From Terriglobales bacterium (GTDB lineage Bacteria > Acidobacteriota > Terriglobia > Terriglobales > SCQP01), in NCBI GenBank assembly GCA_050746125.1, contig JBOGKX010000052.1, positions 9,548 to 73,547 of the forward strand: a stretch of 64,000 nt of DNA. The letters are read 5' to 3'. Below are positions 1-8,208 of the stretch, piece by piece (within the stretch, counting starts at the first letter, position 1; the number at the start of each line of letters is the position of its first letter). The position numbers and the translations under genes were made by a program. Below the pieces are notes generated by a model. It had not been told where the DNA came from. It saw nothing but the letters and a program-made list of their open reading frames with translations, and did no database searches.

Positions 1-1359
1 GGGTTCACCCTCGCCAGCATGTTGTGCGGGGTGGCGCCGACGCTGCCCTGGCTGATCGTCTTTCGTGTCTTGCAGGGCTTTTTCGGCGGCAGTCTGCAAC
101 CGACTACCCGCGCCATCTTGCTCGAGACGTTTCCCCGCGAGGAGCGCGGCCATGCCATGGCGATGTGGGGCGTGGGCATCGTGGTGGCGCCGATCCTGGC
201 TCCCGTGCTCGGCGGGTGGCTGACCACGGACTTGTCGTGGCGGTGGATTTTCTTCATTAACTTGCCCATCAGCCTGTTCGGACTCTTTATGGTGCACGTG
301 TACGTCTTCGATCCGCCCTATCTGCGCCGCGCCGCCTCCCGCATCGATTACTGGGGCGTCGGGCTTTTGACCTTGGGCATCGCCGCGCTGCAAGTGGTGC
401 TGGACAAAGGCCAGGAAGCCGATTGGTTCAGCTCCCATCTGATCGCCGTCTTGGTCCTCGTTGCCGCCGCCAGTCTCGTCGCCTTCGTCGTCTGGGAACT
501 GCGCGCGCCCGATCCGGTCGTCCACCTGCGCTTGCTGAAATACCGCACTTTCGCCGCCGGCGTAGGACTCTCCGTGGTTTTATTTTTCGTGCTCTACGGC
601 AGCATCCTCTTGCTTCCTTTGTTCATGCAGGTGGTGCTGAATTTCCCCGCCATCACCGCCGGCATTTGGAACGCGCCGCGCGGCTTGGCCACCATGGCGC
701 TGATGCCGCTCGCTGGTTTCCTGATCGGCCGACGCTGGGACATGCGGGCCTTGCTTTTTGCCGGCATGCTGGCCTCGTCGCTGGGCGTATTTTTATTCTC
801 CCGGCTCGACTTCAGCGCCGGGCCCTGGAACTTTTTGCTGCCGCAACTGGTCATGGGGGCCGCGCTCTCCTTTGTCTTCGTCCCCTTCGCCACCATAACC
901 GTGGATCCCATTCCAAACCGCGAGATGGGCTACGCCACCAGCATCACCGGCTTCACGCGCAATCTCGGCGCCAGTTTCGGCATCTCGATTGCCGCCACTC
1001 TGCTGGCCCGGCAATCGCAAATCCATCAGAGCCGCTTGGTGGCCAAACTCGATCCCACCGACCCGCGGCTGCGGCATTGGCACGATCTCATCCAGGCCCA
1101 TTTGCATCGCGCCGGAATTAGTTTCTTTTTGGCCGGACAGCAAGCCTGGGCGGTGATCTATGGCGCGGTCGAGCGGCAGGCGGCCGTGCTCAGTTATCTC
1201 GACGAGTTCCGCCTGCTGGCGTTGTTGTTCTTGCTCGTCGCCCCCCTCGTCTGGGTGATGAAAAAGCCGCGCTTCAAGCCCGCCGGGGGCGCCGATGCGG
1301 GCGCGGGTGAATTGCCGGCCAATACCGGCGCTTCGCCGGCGGCATCCCGCTCCGCCTAA
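1..1359 (+). CDS. MFS transporter, DHA2 (EmrB/QacA-like) family, 5' end cut by window edge
   Basis: The frame of ORF 19..1359 stays open back to base 1. The protein is a run of hydrophobic helices and has the stretch FRVLQGFFGGSLQP...APILAPVLGGWL typical of 14-TM drug:H+ antiporters. Confidence 0.8.
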   Translation, partial: GFTLASMLCGVAPTLPWLIVFRVLQGFFGGSLQPTTRAILLETFPREERGHAMAMWGVGIVVAPILAPVLGGWLTTDLSWRWIFFINLPISLFGLFMVHVYVFDPPYLRRAASRIDYWGVGLLTLGIAALQVVLDKGQEADWFSSHLIAVLVLVAAASLVAFVVWELRAPDPVVHLRLLKYRTFAAGVGLSVVLFFVLYGSILLLPLFMQVVLNFPAITAGIWNAPRGLATMALMPLAGFLIGRRWDMRALLFAGMLASSLGVFLFSRLDFSAGPWNFLLPQLVMGAALSFVFVPFATITVDPIPNREMGYATSITGFTRNLGASFGISIAATLLARQSQIHQSRLVAKLDPTDPRLRHWHDLIQAHLHRAGISFFLAGQQAWAVIYGAVERQAAVLSYLDEFRLLALLFLLVAPLVWVMKKPRFKPAGGADAGAGELPANTGASPAASRSA

Positions 1360-1371
1360 AGCTGAGTGCGG

Positions 1372-2556
1372 CTAGCCGGGCGAGGGGATTTTCTGGACTA
1401 CCGGATGGGTTGTCGTTCCCGCGATGTGCAGTTTTGTATCCGCCGCCTTGGCTTTCTGGAACAGCCGCGTGAAAGCTCCCAGAAAGCCCGCCGTTCCCGA
1501 TTGGTGTGGCGCGGCGCTCCAGTGCACGCGCGCGGTGATGGCGATTCTCTGATCGGCGCCGACTCGCCCTTGAGCCCAGACCTGGCCAAAATTCGTGTTG
1601 GCGTGCAGGGCGCGGAGCACCAGGCCGCTCGGTGCGTCCTGAAACCCGGCGGTCAGGCTGCGGAGCAGAATATCTCCACTGCCGCCCGTCATTGCCAATT
1701 GTGCGAGGGGTCCGGTTTGCGGCAGAGCCAACTCCGTGAGCTTCACGTCTTGCAAGTTGGCGGTCCCCGAGAGAGTCGGCCGGGCTAGCGAGCCGGCGCC
1801 GATCACATGCAGCGCCACGACTCCGCCCGAGATGGAAAAGTCTCCAGGGCGATAGCCGAGCACAACCGCCGTGCGCGCCAAATTTGTGGCTTTTAAATCG
1901 CGCGCCGTCATCGTCACGCGCAGCGGAGTGAGCGAGGGCTGCCGATCGAGCGGACCCAATTCGCCCTGAATACCGATTGTCCCCTGGCCTTCGGTGCGGA
2001 TCGTCGCGGTTATGGGGAACGCGGCAGTGGGCGAAATGTTGCGCGCCTCGGCAGCGGTCAGCCAATACGTCTCTTCTCTCTGGCTGGCGGCGCTCGCCAG
2101 CGTGATCGCTCCTTGTTGCAATGTGAGCCGACCTATCTGCGCCGTGGGCGGCCCTGCCGGCGGCAGGGTTGCGAAATTCCACGTGCCCCGGCGGGAGCGG
2201 ACCAGGCGCACTTGCATCCGATCGATTTCGATGACCCTGGCTTCAAGCCGGTGGGAAAACAGCAACGGCCAAAAATTCAGCCGCATGTGGAGTGCCGCCA
2301 CGTGCACGAACGGGCCCGGACCGAATGCCGGCGCCTCGGCAATGCTGCAGTTGCGTGCCTCGACCGCGCCCGTGAGCAGCGAGACGCTCAGATGTCCGAT
2401 GCTCGCCCTCCGCCGCAACTGGCGGCTGAGCCGCTGTTCTACCTGGGCGCGAATGACGCCGTTGCCCATCCAAGCCGGTAGCGCGACGATCGCCACGAAC
2501 GCCAGCACCGCCAGCCCGGTCACGATCCAAAACGGCCACTTCGTTTTGGCCCCCAT
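1372..2556 (-). CDS. AsmA-family-like membrane-anchored protein
   Basis: 394-aa ORF with one N-terminal TM helix (WPFWIVTGLAVLAFVAIVALPAW) followed by a beta-rich domain. This resembles the AsmA N-terminal region. Assigned from memory. Confidence 0.55.
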   Translation of the reverse strand: MGAKTKWPFWIVTGLAVLAFVAIVALPAWMGNGVIRAQVEQRLSRQLRRRASIGHLSVSLLTGAVEARNCSIAEAPAFGPGPFVHVAALHMRLNFWPLLFSHRLEARVIEIDRMQVRLVRSRRGTWNFATLPPAGPPTAQIGRLTLQQGAITLASAASQREETYWLTAAEARNISPTAAFPITATIRTEGQGTIGIQGELGPLDRQPSLTPLRVTMTARDLKATNLARTAVVLGYRPGDFSISGGVVALHVIGAGSLARPTLSGTANLQDVKLTELALPQTGPLAQLAMTGGSGDILLRSLTAGFQDAPSGLVLRALHANTNFGQVWAQGRVGADQRIAITARVHWSAAPHQSGTAGFLGAFTRLFQKAKAADTKLHIAGTTTHPVVQKIPSPG

Positions 2557-2690
2557 GGAATTGCGGATGCCAATTGCGGCAACTCGCGGCCGGCCCGACG
2601 CGAGCGGTCCGTCGTCTGCGCCTGACTTTCGTCCGCGCGGAGAGCCGGCGCTATACTGGAGTGGTCCGCATCCATTCGCTGGGTGTGGTT

Positions 2691-3800
2691 ATGTTGCAAA
2701 GGCGTCGCATCTTGCAGCCTCGAGTCTGGGCTGGCGTCCTTGCGGGCGCTTGCCTCGCGTTCGCCTTTCCCCCCTCGGCCCGCGCCGCCGGCGGCCACCT
2801 TACCGAAGCCGAAAAAGTAGCCCTGATTCGCGGCATCGTCGCCGAGATTGGCGTCGCGAAGCAGCCTTTCCCCCACGGCAAAAACGGCATCAAGCTTGCC
2901 TCCACCGGACAGGTGCTTAATGAGCCCGAGGTGCGCCAAACCGTCACCAACGATGGCCCCGCGGTGCGCCCCGGCGATCGCGTGCAAATCACCAAGATTA
3001 GCTTCGACAGCCATGCCATCGTGCTTGAAATCAACGGCGGCCCCACCCGCTCCCACTGGTACAACCACCTCCAAATTGGCATGGGCGCCACCACGACCCC
3101 GGTAGCTTTGGAGCGCCGCAGCGCCGGCTCCGTGATCACCCTCCGTTTCGCGCAAGGCATTCCTCCGCATCTCACGCCTGCCCAGTTGAAGCAGATGCTG
3201 GCGCCGATCGTCGAGTGGAATTTGCGCAAGGCTCCGGTCGCCGCCCTCGGCCATTCGCTGCCGCCGGCGGTCAAGCAGGCGATTCAAAATCATCAGGTCC
3301 TGGTCGGCATGAATACCGACATGGTGATGGCGGCCAAGGGACGAGCCGACGAGAAATACCACGAGACCGACCCCAAGACGGGTGACCAATACACCGATTG
3401 GATTTACGGGCATCCTCCCGCCGATACCACTTTTGTGCGGCTGGAGGGGGATCGGGTGATCCGCGTCATTGACTACAAGGCCGACGGCACCAAGGTCGTG
3501 CGCGTGACGCCGCAAGTCGCGTTGCCGGCAAGTTCGGCCGTGAACGCCGCGGCCAACGGCGACAGCGGCGGCGCTCAGCAGCGGCCCACGTTGCGCCGAC
3601 CCGGCGAGGTAGCACCGCAATCCGGGCGCGATGCCGCCGGCCCCGGTCCGATCATCATTCCCGGTGCGCCCACGCCCGCGCCCTCCGTGCCTGGCGCTAG
3701 CGGCCAGCCGCAAATGCCGCCCCCGTTGCCTCAGTCCGGAACGCCCGGCGCGCCCACGCCGCCCGCCAACAAGCCGCCCGGCGGCTGCTGCGCTGTTTAG
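2691..3800 (+). CDS. secreted hypothetical protein with proline-rich C-terminus
   Basis: An internal ATG at 2691 gives a signal-peptide-like start (MLQRRRILQPRVWAGVLAGACLAFAFPPSARA). The last ~90 aa are P/G/A-rich and the protein ends GGCCAV. The upstream TTG extension looks non-coding. Confidence 0.6.
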   Translation: MLQRRRILQPRVWAGVLAGACLAFAFPPSARAAGGHLTEAEKVALIRGIVAEIGVAKQPFPHGKNGIKLASTGQVLNEPEVRQTVTNDGPAVRPGDRVQITKISFDSHAIVLEINGGPTRSHWYNHLQIGMGATTTPVALERRSAGSVITLRFAQGIPPHLTPAQLKQMLAPIVEWNLRKAPVAALGHSLPPAVKQAIQNHQVLVGMNTDMVMAAKGRADEKYHETDPKTGDQYTDWIYGHPPADTTFVRLEGDRVIRVIDYKADGTKVVRVTPQVALPASSAVNAAANGDSGGAQQRPTLRRPGEVAPQSGRDAAGPGPIIIPGAPTPAPSVPGASGQPQMPPPLPQSGTPGAPTPPANKPPGGCCAV

Positions 3801-3860
3801 GGTTCCGCGGCCCCGCGGCGCGCTTGCATTCCGGCACGATTTCCAGTCAAATAGCGGGCC

Positions 3861-4619
3861 ATGGCCGATCCCACCACGATTCCCACTGCCCCGGCCGCCG
3901 CTGTCTCGGGCCGGCGGATGTCCTCGCTGGCGCGCATCTTCGGCGTGTTCTACGCGCCCAGCGCCACCTTCGAGGATATTGCCCGCGAGCCCCACTTCAT
4001 CCTTGCCTGGGTGGTCATGATCGTGTGCAGCTTCCTGTTCGGATATGCGATGGTGCACCGCGTTGGCCCTGCGGAACTGGCGCGGCAAATGGCGATGAGC
4101 GCGCCGAATGCGCAAACCATGCCGCAGGATCAGCTCAACAAAGCGATGGCCATTGACGCCAAGATCGCGCCGGTGATTTTCCTCGCCCTGCCGCCCGTTA
4201 TGGTCGTCATCTTTTCGTTGATCCTGGCGGCCATCTTCCTGGCGGTGGAAAACTTCTTGCTGGGCCAAGCGGTTCGCTACAAAGGAGTCTTGGGCGTGAT
4301 CAGCCATGCCTACTTGCCCAGCGCCCTGATGGCCCTGGCGGTCGTGCTGATTCTTTACCTGCGCGCCGACCCGACCGGGGTGAATTTCATGGCCCCGATC
4401 GGCTCAAAGGCATTGTTCTACGTCGATCCCTCCACGACCTCGCCGGTCATGGTCAAGCTGCTCGGCCAAATCGATTTATTTAGCTTCTGGATCATGGCTC
4501 TCCTGGCGCTGGGCCTGGCGAAACTTGGCGCCAAGCTCAAATTCAGCACCACTTTGGCGACGGTGGTCGGACTGTGGGTGCTTTGGGTCTTGTTCAGCGT
4601 GGGCCTGGCCGCGATTTAG
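3861..4619 (+). CDS. Yip1-domain integral membrane protein
   Basis: 252 aa. The N-terminal FGVFYAPSATFEDIAREP motif followed by 5 hydrophobic helices matches the Yip1/DUF1282-type pattern. Confidence 0.6.
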   Translation: MADPTTIPTAPAAAVSGRRMSSLARIFGVFYAPSATFEDIAREPHFILAWVVMIVCSFLFGYAMVHRVGPAELARQMAMSAPNAQTMPQDQLNKAMAIDAKIAPVIFLALPPVMVVIFSLILAAIFLAVENFLLGQAVRYKGVLGVISHAYLPSALMALAVVLILYLRADPTGVNFMAPIGSKALFYVDPSTTSPVMVKLLGQIDLFSFWIMALLALGLAKLGAKLKFSTTLATVVGLWVLWVLFSVGLAAI

Positions 4620-5262
4620 CCTCTTGGTGGCGGGCGCGCAGCCCTTCATAATCGGCCGGTTGGTCCACGTTCGCCAGCACGCCGGGATCGTCCACTTCGC
4701 ATAGCAGCGTGCGCGCCGCAAACTGCGCCTGCACGTCGCGCGCGGTGCGGTCCTCGGGCCCGGCCAGAATGGCTTCGAGCACCTCGCGGCTGTAGAGCAC
4801 TGGATGGCCGTTACGCTCCCCGAATCGCGGTTTGACCACCGCCGCTTGCGAGGCCTCCCAAGCTCTCCGCAAGGCGTACGCCGTTTCCACCGCGAAATCG
4901 GGATGATCCACCGGCGCGACAAGTGAGGCCGCCCAGTTCCCGGCCAGCACCGCCGCCGCGCCGGCGCGCAGGGAGCTGAACTCGCCGCGCTCATAGTCGG
5001 CGTTGCGCACCCAGCGCGGTGCGAGCGAAGGCGCCGCCCGCTCGCAGCGATGCGCGATTTCCATCGCGTTGAAGCCGATCACCGCGAAAACTTCCACGCC
5101 GGCGGCGCGCAGCTTCAGCGTGCAGGCCAGCAGGAAGTTCGGCGCCTCCGGCTCGCTCCAGTCCGGCGCCTCGCCCGGATACGCCAGCAGCGCCTTGTCG
5201 CCCCCCATCCGCGAAGAGCGGCCCGCCGCCAGCACGATGCCCGCTAGTCCGCCGGGGTTCAT
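4594..5262 (-). CDS. MobA-like NTP transferase (MocA-type molybdenum cofactor cytidylyltransferase candidate)
   Basis: The start MNPGGLAGIVLAAGRSSRMGGDKALL carries the LAAGxSxRMG nucleotidyltransferase motif. Its ATG overlaps the xdhC stop as ATGA at 5259-5262. Confidence 0.75.
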   Translation of the reverse strand: MNPGGLAGIVLAAGRSSRMGGDKALLAYPGEAPDWSEPEAPNFLLACTLKLRAAGVEVFAVIGFNAMEIAHRCERAAPSLAPRWVRNADYERGEFSSLRAGAAAVLAGNWAASLVAPVDHPDFAVETAYALRRAWEASQAAVVKPRFGERNGHPVLYSREVLEAILAGPEDRTARDVQAQFAARTLLCEVDDPGVLANVDQPADYEGLRARHQEAKSRPGPR

Positions 5263-6083
5263 CGCAGCGCCAGGGCGCCGAGTCCCAACGACTGCGCCGC
5301 CGCGCCGCGCCGCACGGCGATCATCTCCGCCACGACCGCGACGCCAATTTCTTCGGGAGTGATGGCGCCGATATCGAGCCCGATCGGCGCGTGCACGCTT
5401 TCCAGCTTGGCGGCCGGGATGCCCTGCCGCCGCAGTTCCTTGTAGGTCTCGATGACCTTGCGCTTCGATCCGATCATGCCGATGTAGCGCGCCGGGGTGG
5501 CGACCGCCCAAGCCAGCGCCCGCATGTCGCCCTTATGGCCGCGGGTCACGATGGCGATATAGCCGTTGCTCCCCACGTCCAATCGCGGCAGCACCTCGTC
5601 GAACTCGCCGGCATGGATCTCGCGCGCGCCGGGAAAGCGCTCGCGGTTGGCGAATGCCTCGCGATCGTCCACCACGGCGGTGGCGAAGCCCGCCGCCTCG
5701 GCCACCTGGGCGATGGCCCGCGCGACATGGCCCGCGCCAATCAGCCAAGCCATCGGCTGCGCCAGGATCGGCTCGATGAAGACTTCCAGCGTGCCTCCGC
5801 AGATCAAGCCGGCGTCGTCTTTGGCGTCGTGATTGAGGTGAAAGACCATGCGCCGCGACTTTTCCTCGCGCAGCACCTCGCGCGCCGCCTGCCAAACCTC
5901 CGCCTCCACGCAGCCGCCGCCGATCGTGCCCAGCGTCGTGCCGTCCTCGCGCACCAGTACTTTGGCCGTTTCGAAGGAGGGGATCGAGCCGCGCACCTGA
6001 ATGATCGTCGCCAGCGCCGCATTGCGTCCCGCCGCCCGCAGCCGCGCGATCTCGGCGTAGATATCCTCCGCCATGGCCTTCAT
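5259..6083 (-). CDS. xdhC: XdhC/CoxI family molybdoenzyme maturation protein
   Basis: 274 aa. The N-terminal XdhC_CoxI pattern (ALATIIQVRGSIPSFETAKVLVREDGTTLGTIGGGCVEAEV) is followed by a Rossmann-like C-domain (WLIGAGHVARAIA). Confidence 0.85.
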   Translation of the reverse strand: MKAMAEDIYAEIARLRAAGRNAALATIIQVRGSIPSFETAKVLVREDGTTLGTIGGGCVEAEVWQAAREVLREEKSRRMVFHLNHDAKDDAGLICGGTLEVFIEPILAQPMAWLIGAGHVARAIAQVAEAAGFATAVVDDREAFANRERFPGAREIHAGEFDEVLPRLDVGSNGYIAIVTRGHKGDMRALAWAVATPARYIGMIGSKRKVIETYKELRRQGIPAAKLESVHAPIGLDIGAITPEEIGVAVVAEMIAVRRGAAAQSLGLGALALR

Positions 6084-6129
6084 TTTACTGTGCGCCCGTT
6101 GCCGCGGCGAATCCTATACTCTGTCCTCA

Positions 6130-7158
6130 ATGAAAGCGATTCGCATGCACCAGCACGGCGGTCCCGACGTGCTGCGTTATGAAGACGCTCCGGATCCGGT
6201 CGCCGCCTGTGGAGAAATCGTGGTGCGTGTTCGCGCCTGCGCCTTGAATCACCTCGATCTCTTCGTCCGCGCCGGCATTCCCGGAGTAAAGATTCCGCTT
6301 CCCCATATCCCTGGCAGCGACATCGCCGGCGAAATCGCCGCCCTCGGCGAAGGCGTGGCGGATCTGAATGTCGGGCAACGAGTGGTCCTATCGCCGGGAG
6401 TGAGCTGCGGCCATTGCGCCGCTTGCGATGCCTGCCAAGAAAACTTCTGCCCCCGCTACACCGTTCTCGGCTATCGGATGGATGGCGGCTATGCGCAACA
6501 AGTCAAGGCGCCCGCCGCCAACGCCCTGCCAATGCCCGCCAATCTCGACTTTGCGGCTGCCGCCAGCGTGCCGCTCGTCTTCCTCACCGCCTGGCATATG
6601 TTGGTGGCGCGCGCCGTTCTGCGCTCCGGCCAAGATGTGCTTGTCCTGGCCGCCTCGAGCGGCGTCGGCAGCGCCGCGGTCCAGATCGCCAAGCTGTTTC
6701 ATTGCCGCGTCTTCGCCACTGCCGGCGGCGAACGAAAACTCGAACTCGCCCGCCAACTCGGCGCCGACCACGTCTTCGATCACTATCGCCAGAACTTCGC
6801 CGCCGAGATCAAGGCCATCGCCCCGCGCGGCGTGGACGTCGTGGTCGAACACGTCGGCCAGGCCACCTGGGAACAAAGCGTCCGCGCCTTGGCATCCGGC
6901 GGCACGCTCGTGACCTGCGGCGCCACCACCGGCTACCAAGCCGCCCTCGACCTCCGTCATCTCTTCGCGCGCCAGTTGCGCTTGGTTGGCTCTTACATGG
7001 GCTCGCGCTCCGAGCTCCGCGATCTGCTCCCATTCGTCGCTTCCGGCCAACTCCGGCCGGTCGTGGACCGCATATTTCCGCTCGCCGAAGCCGCTGCCGC
7101 CCATCGCTATTTGGAAGAGAAACGCCAATTCGGAAAAGTCGTCCTGCAAGTGGACTGA
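6130..7158 (+). CDS. zinc-type alcohol dehydrogenase / quinone oxidoreductase (MDR family)
   Basis: MKAIRMHQHGGPDVLRYEDAPDP...GSDIAGEI...CGHCAACDACQENFC...VLAASSGVGSAAVQ. These are the MDR catalytic and structural Zn motifs and an NAD(P)-binding glycine motif. Confidence 0.85.
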   Translation: MKAIRMHQHGGPDVLRYEDAPDPVAACGEIVVRVRACALNHLDLFVRAGIPGVKIPLPHIPGSDIAGEIAALGEGVADLNVGQRVVLSPGVSCGHCAACDACQENFCPRYTVLGYRMDGGYAQQVKAPAANALPMPANLDFAAAASVPLVFLTAWHMLVARAVLRSGQDVLVLAASSGVGSAAVQIAKLFHCRVFATAGGERKLELARQLGADHVFDHYRQNFAAEIKAIAPRGVDVVVEHVGQATWEQSVRALASGGTLVTCGATTGYQAALDLRHLFARQLRLVGSYMGSRSELRDLLPFVASGQLRPVVDRIFPLAEAAAAHRYLEEKRQFGKVVLQVD

Positions 7159-7525
7159 TCGCTGCTCCAAGCCCAGGGCAACAGCATGGCCGAAAGTGGC
7201 ATCCCATCTGCATGAGCTTGGCGTGTTTAGCGCCGATCCCTGAGTCAGCGGGTGGTTGCCGAGACGAAAAACTGGTTCCTCGTGTCTTACGCTCTCTCCC
7301 CCGGTACCTGTTGATTCTATTGGCCTGCTCCCCCCGTTCGGGCGGCCAAAAACCAGGAAAAATGAGACAAACTTTTTGTCCGTGAGTCATGTCGAGACAG
7401 CGCGCGAGTCCACATTGCGGAGAGCTGGAAGCCGAGGTCGAGCGGGAGGTGTAGCCAATCTGCGCCCCAAAACTGCCCGCGAAATTTGCAGGACGGCCCG
7501 CTGCCGTCAGAGGACGCCGGAGCGG

Positions 7526-7673
7526 GGAAGCGTAGCGCAGCGAAGCGCCAATAAATGTTGCGAGCGGGCCGCAGGCCGGCCGGGCGGCGCAGCGTACACG
7601 GAAGCGTAGCGAAGCGGAGCGCCAGGCAACGCCTCGCGTGAGCAAGCCCGGCCGGCCGAGAACGAAGGGCGAT
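7526..7673. repeat. two-unit imperfect tandem repeat (~74 nt period) in a 590-bp intergenic region
   Basis: Units start at 7526 and 7600. The first 25 nt are nearly identical (GGAAGCGTAGCG[C/A]AGCG[A/G]AGCGCCA). Each unit contains a GGCCGGCC palindrome about 50 nt in. Confidence 0.6.
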
Positions 7674-7752
7674 GCTTATCGCCCCGCCCACCACGATTGC
7701 CTGACCGCATGGGCAAGGTACATAATTCGGGCAGCGTCGCGGAGTGGGTTCT

Positions 7753-8208
7753 ATGATTCGCCTAAAAGTTAATGGTCGCGATCACAAGTTCGAGGGTGAT
7801 TCCAACATGCCGTTGCTGTGGTATCTGCGCGACGTGCTGGGATTGACCGGCACGAAATTCGGCTGCGGCGAAGCGCTCTGCGGCGCTTGCACCGTGCACC
7901 AAGACGGCCATGCGGTGCGCTCCTGCGTGACCTCGTTGGCGCGCGTTGCCGGCAGCGAAATCGTCACCATCGAGGGTCTTGGCGCCGGCGGCCTTCATCC
8001 GTTGCAGCGCGCCTGGGTCGAGCACAACGTTCCGCAGTGTGGGTACTGCCAAGCAGGCCAGATCATGCAGGCCGCGGTCTTGCTGCGCGAGCACCCGCGG
8101 CCGACCGACCAAGAGATCGATGATGCCATGTCCGGCAATATTTGCCGCTGCGGCACCTATCAGCGCATTCGCGCCGCCATCAAGTCCGCCGTTGGAGGTG
8201 CGCAATGA
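7753..8208 (+). CDS. (2Fe-2S)-binding small subunit of an aldehyde oxidase/xanthine dehydrogenase-family enzyme (IorA-like)
   Basis: Both [2Fe-2S] cysteine motifs are present ([12 protein letters not shown] and CGYCQAG...CRCGTY). GGAG lies 9 nt upstream of the ATG at 7753. Confidence 0.9.
   Translation: MIRLKVNGRDHKFEGDSNMPLLWYLRDVLGLTGTKFGCGEALCGACTVHQDGHAVRSCVTSLARVAGSEIVTIEGLGAGGLHPLQRAWVEHNVPQCGYCQAGQIMQAAVLLREHPRPTDQEIDDAMSGNICRCGTYQRIRAAIKSAVGGAQ

Noticed and set aside
2520-4307. 595-aa minus-strand ORF
   Set aside because: It runs antisense to two well-supported plus-strand genes. The translation is R/G/A/H-rich low complexity, typical of shadow ORFs in high-GC DNA.
7526-7673. Possible CRISPR array
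   Set aside because: There are only two contiguous, imperfect 74-nt units with no unique spacers, and no cas genes are in the window.
7159-7752. Molybdenum-cofactor (Moco) riboswitch upstream of the molybdoenzyme genes
   Set aside because: I looked for it because of the genomic context but could not recognise the conserved Moco motif by eye. Only an Infernal search could settle this.
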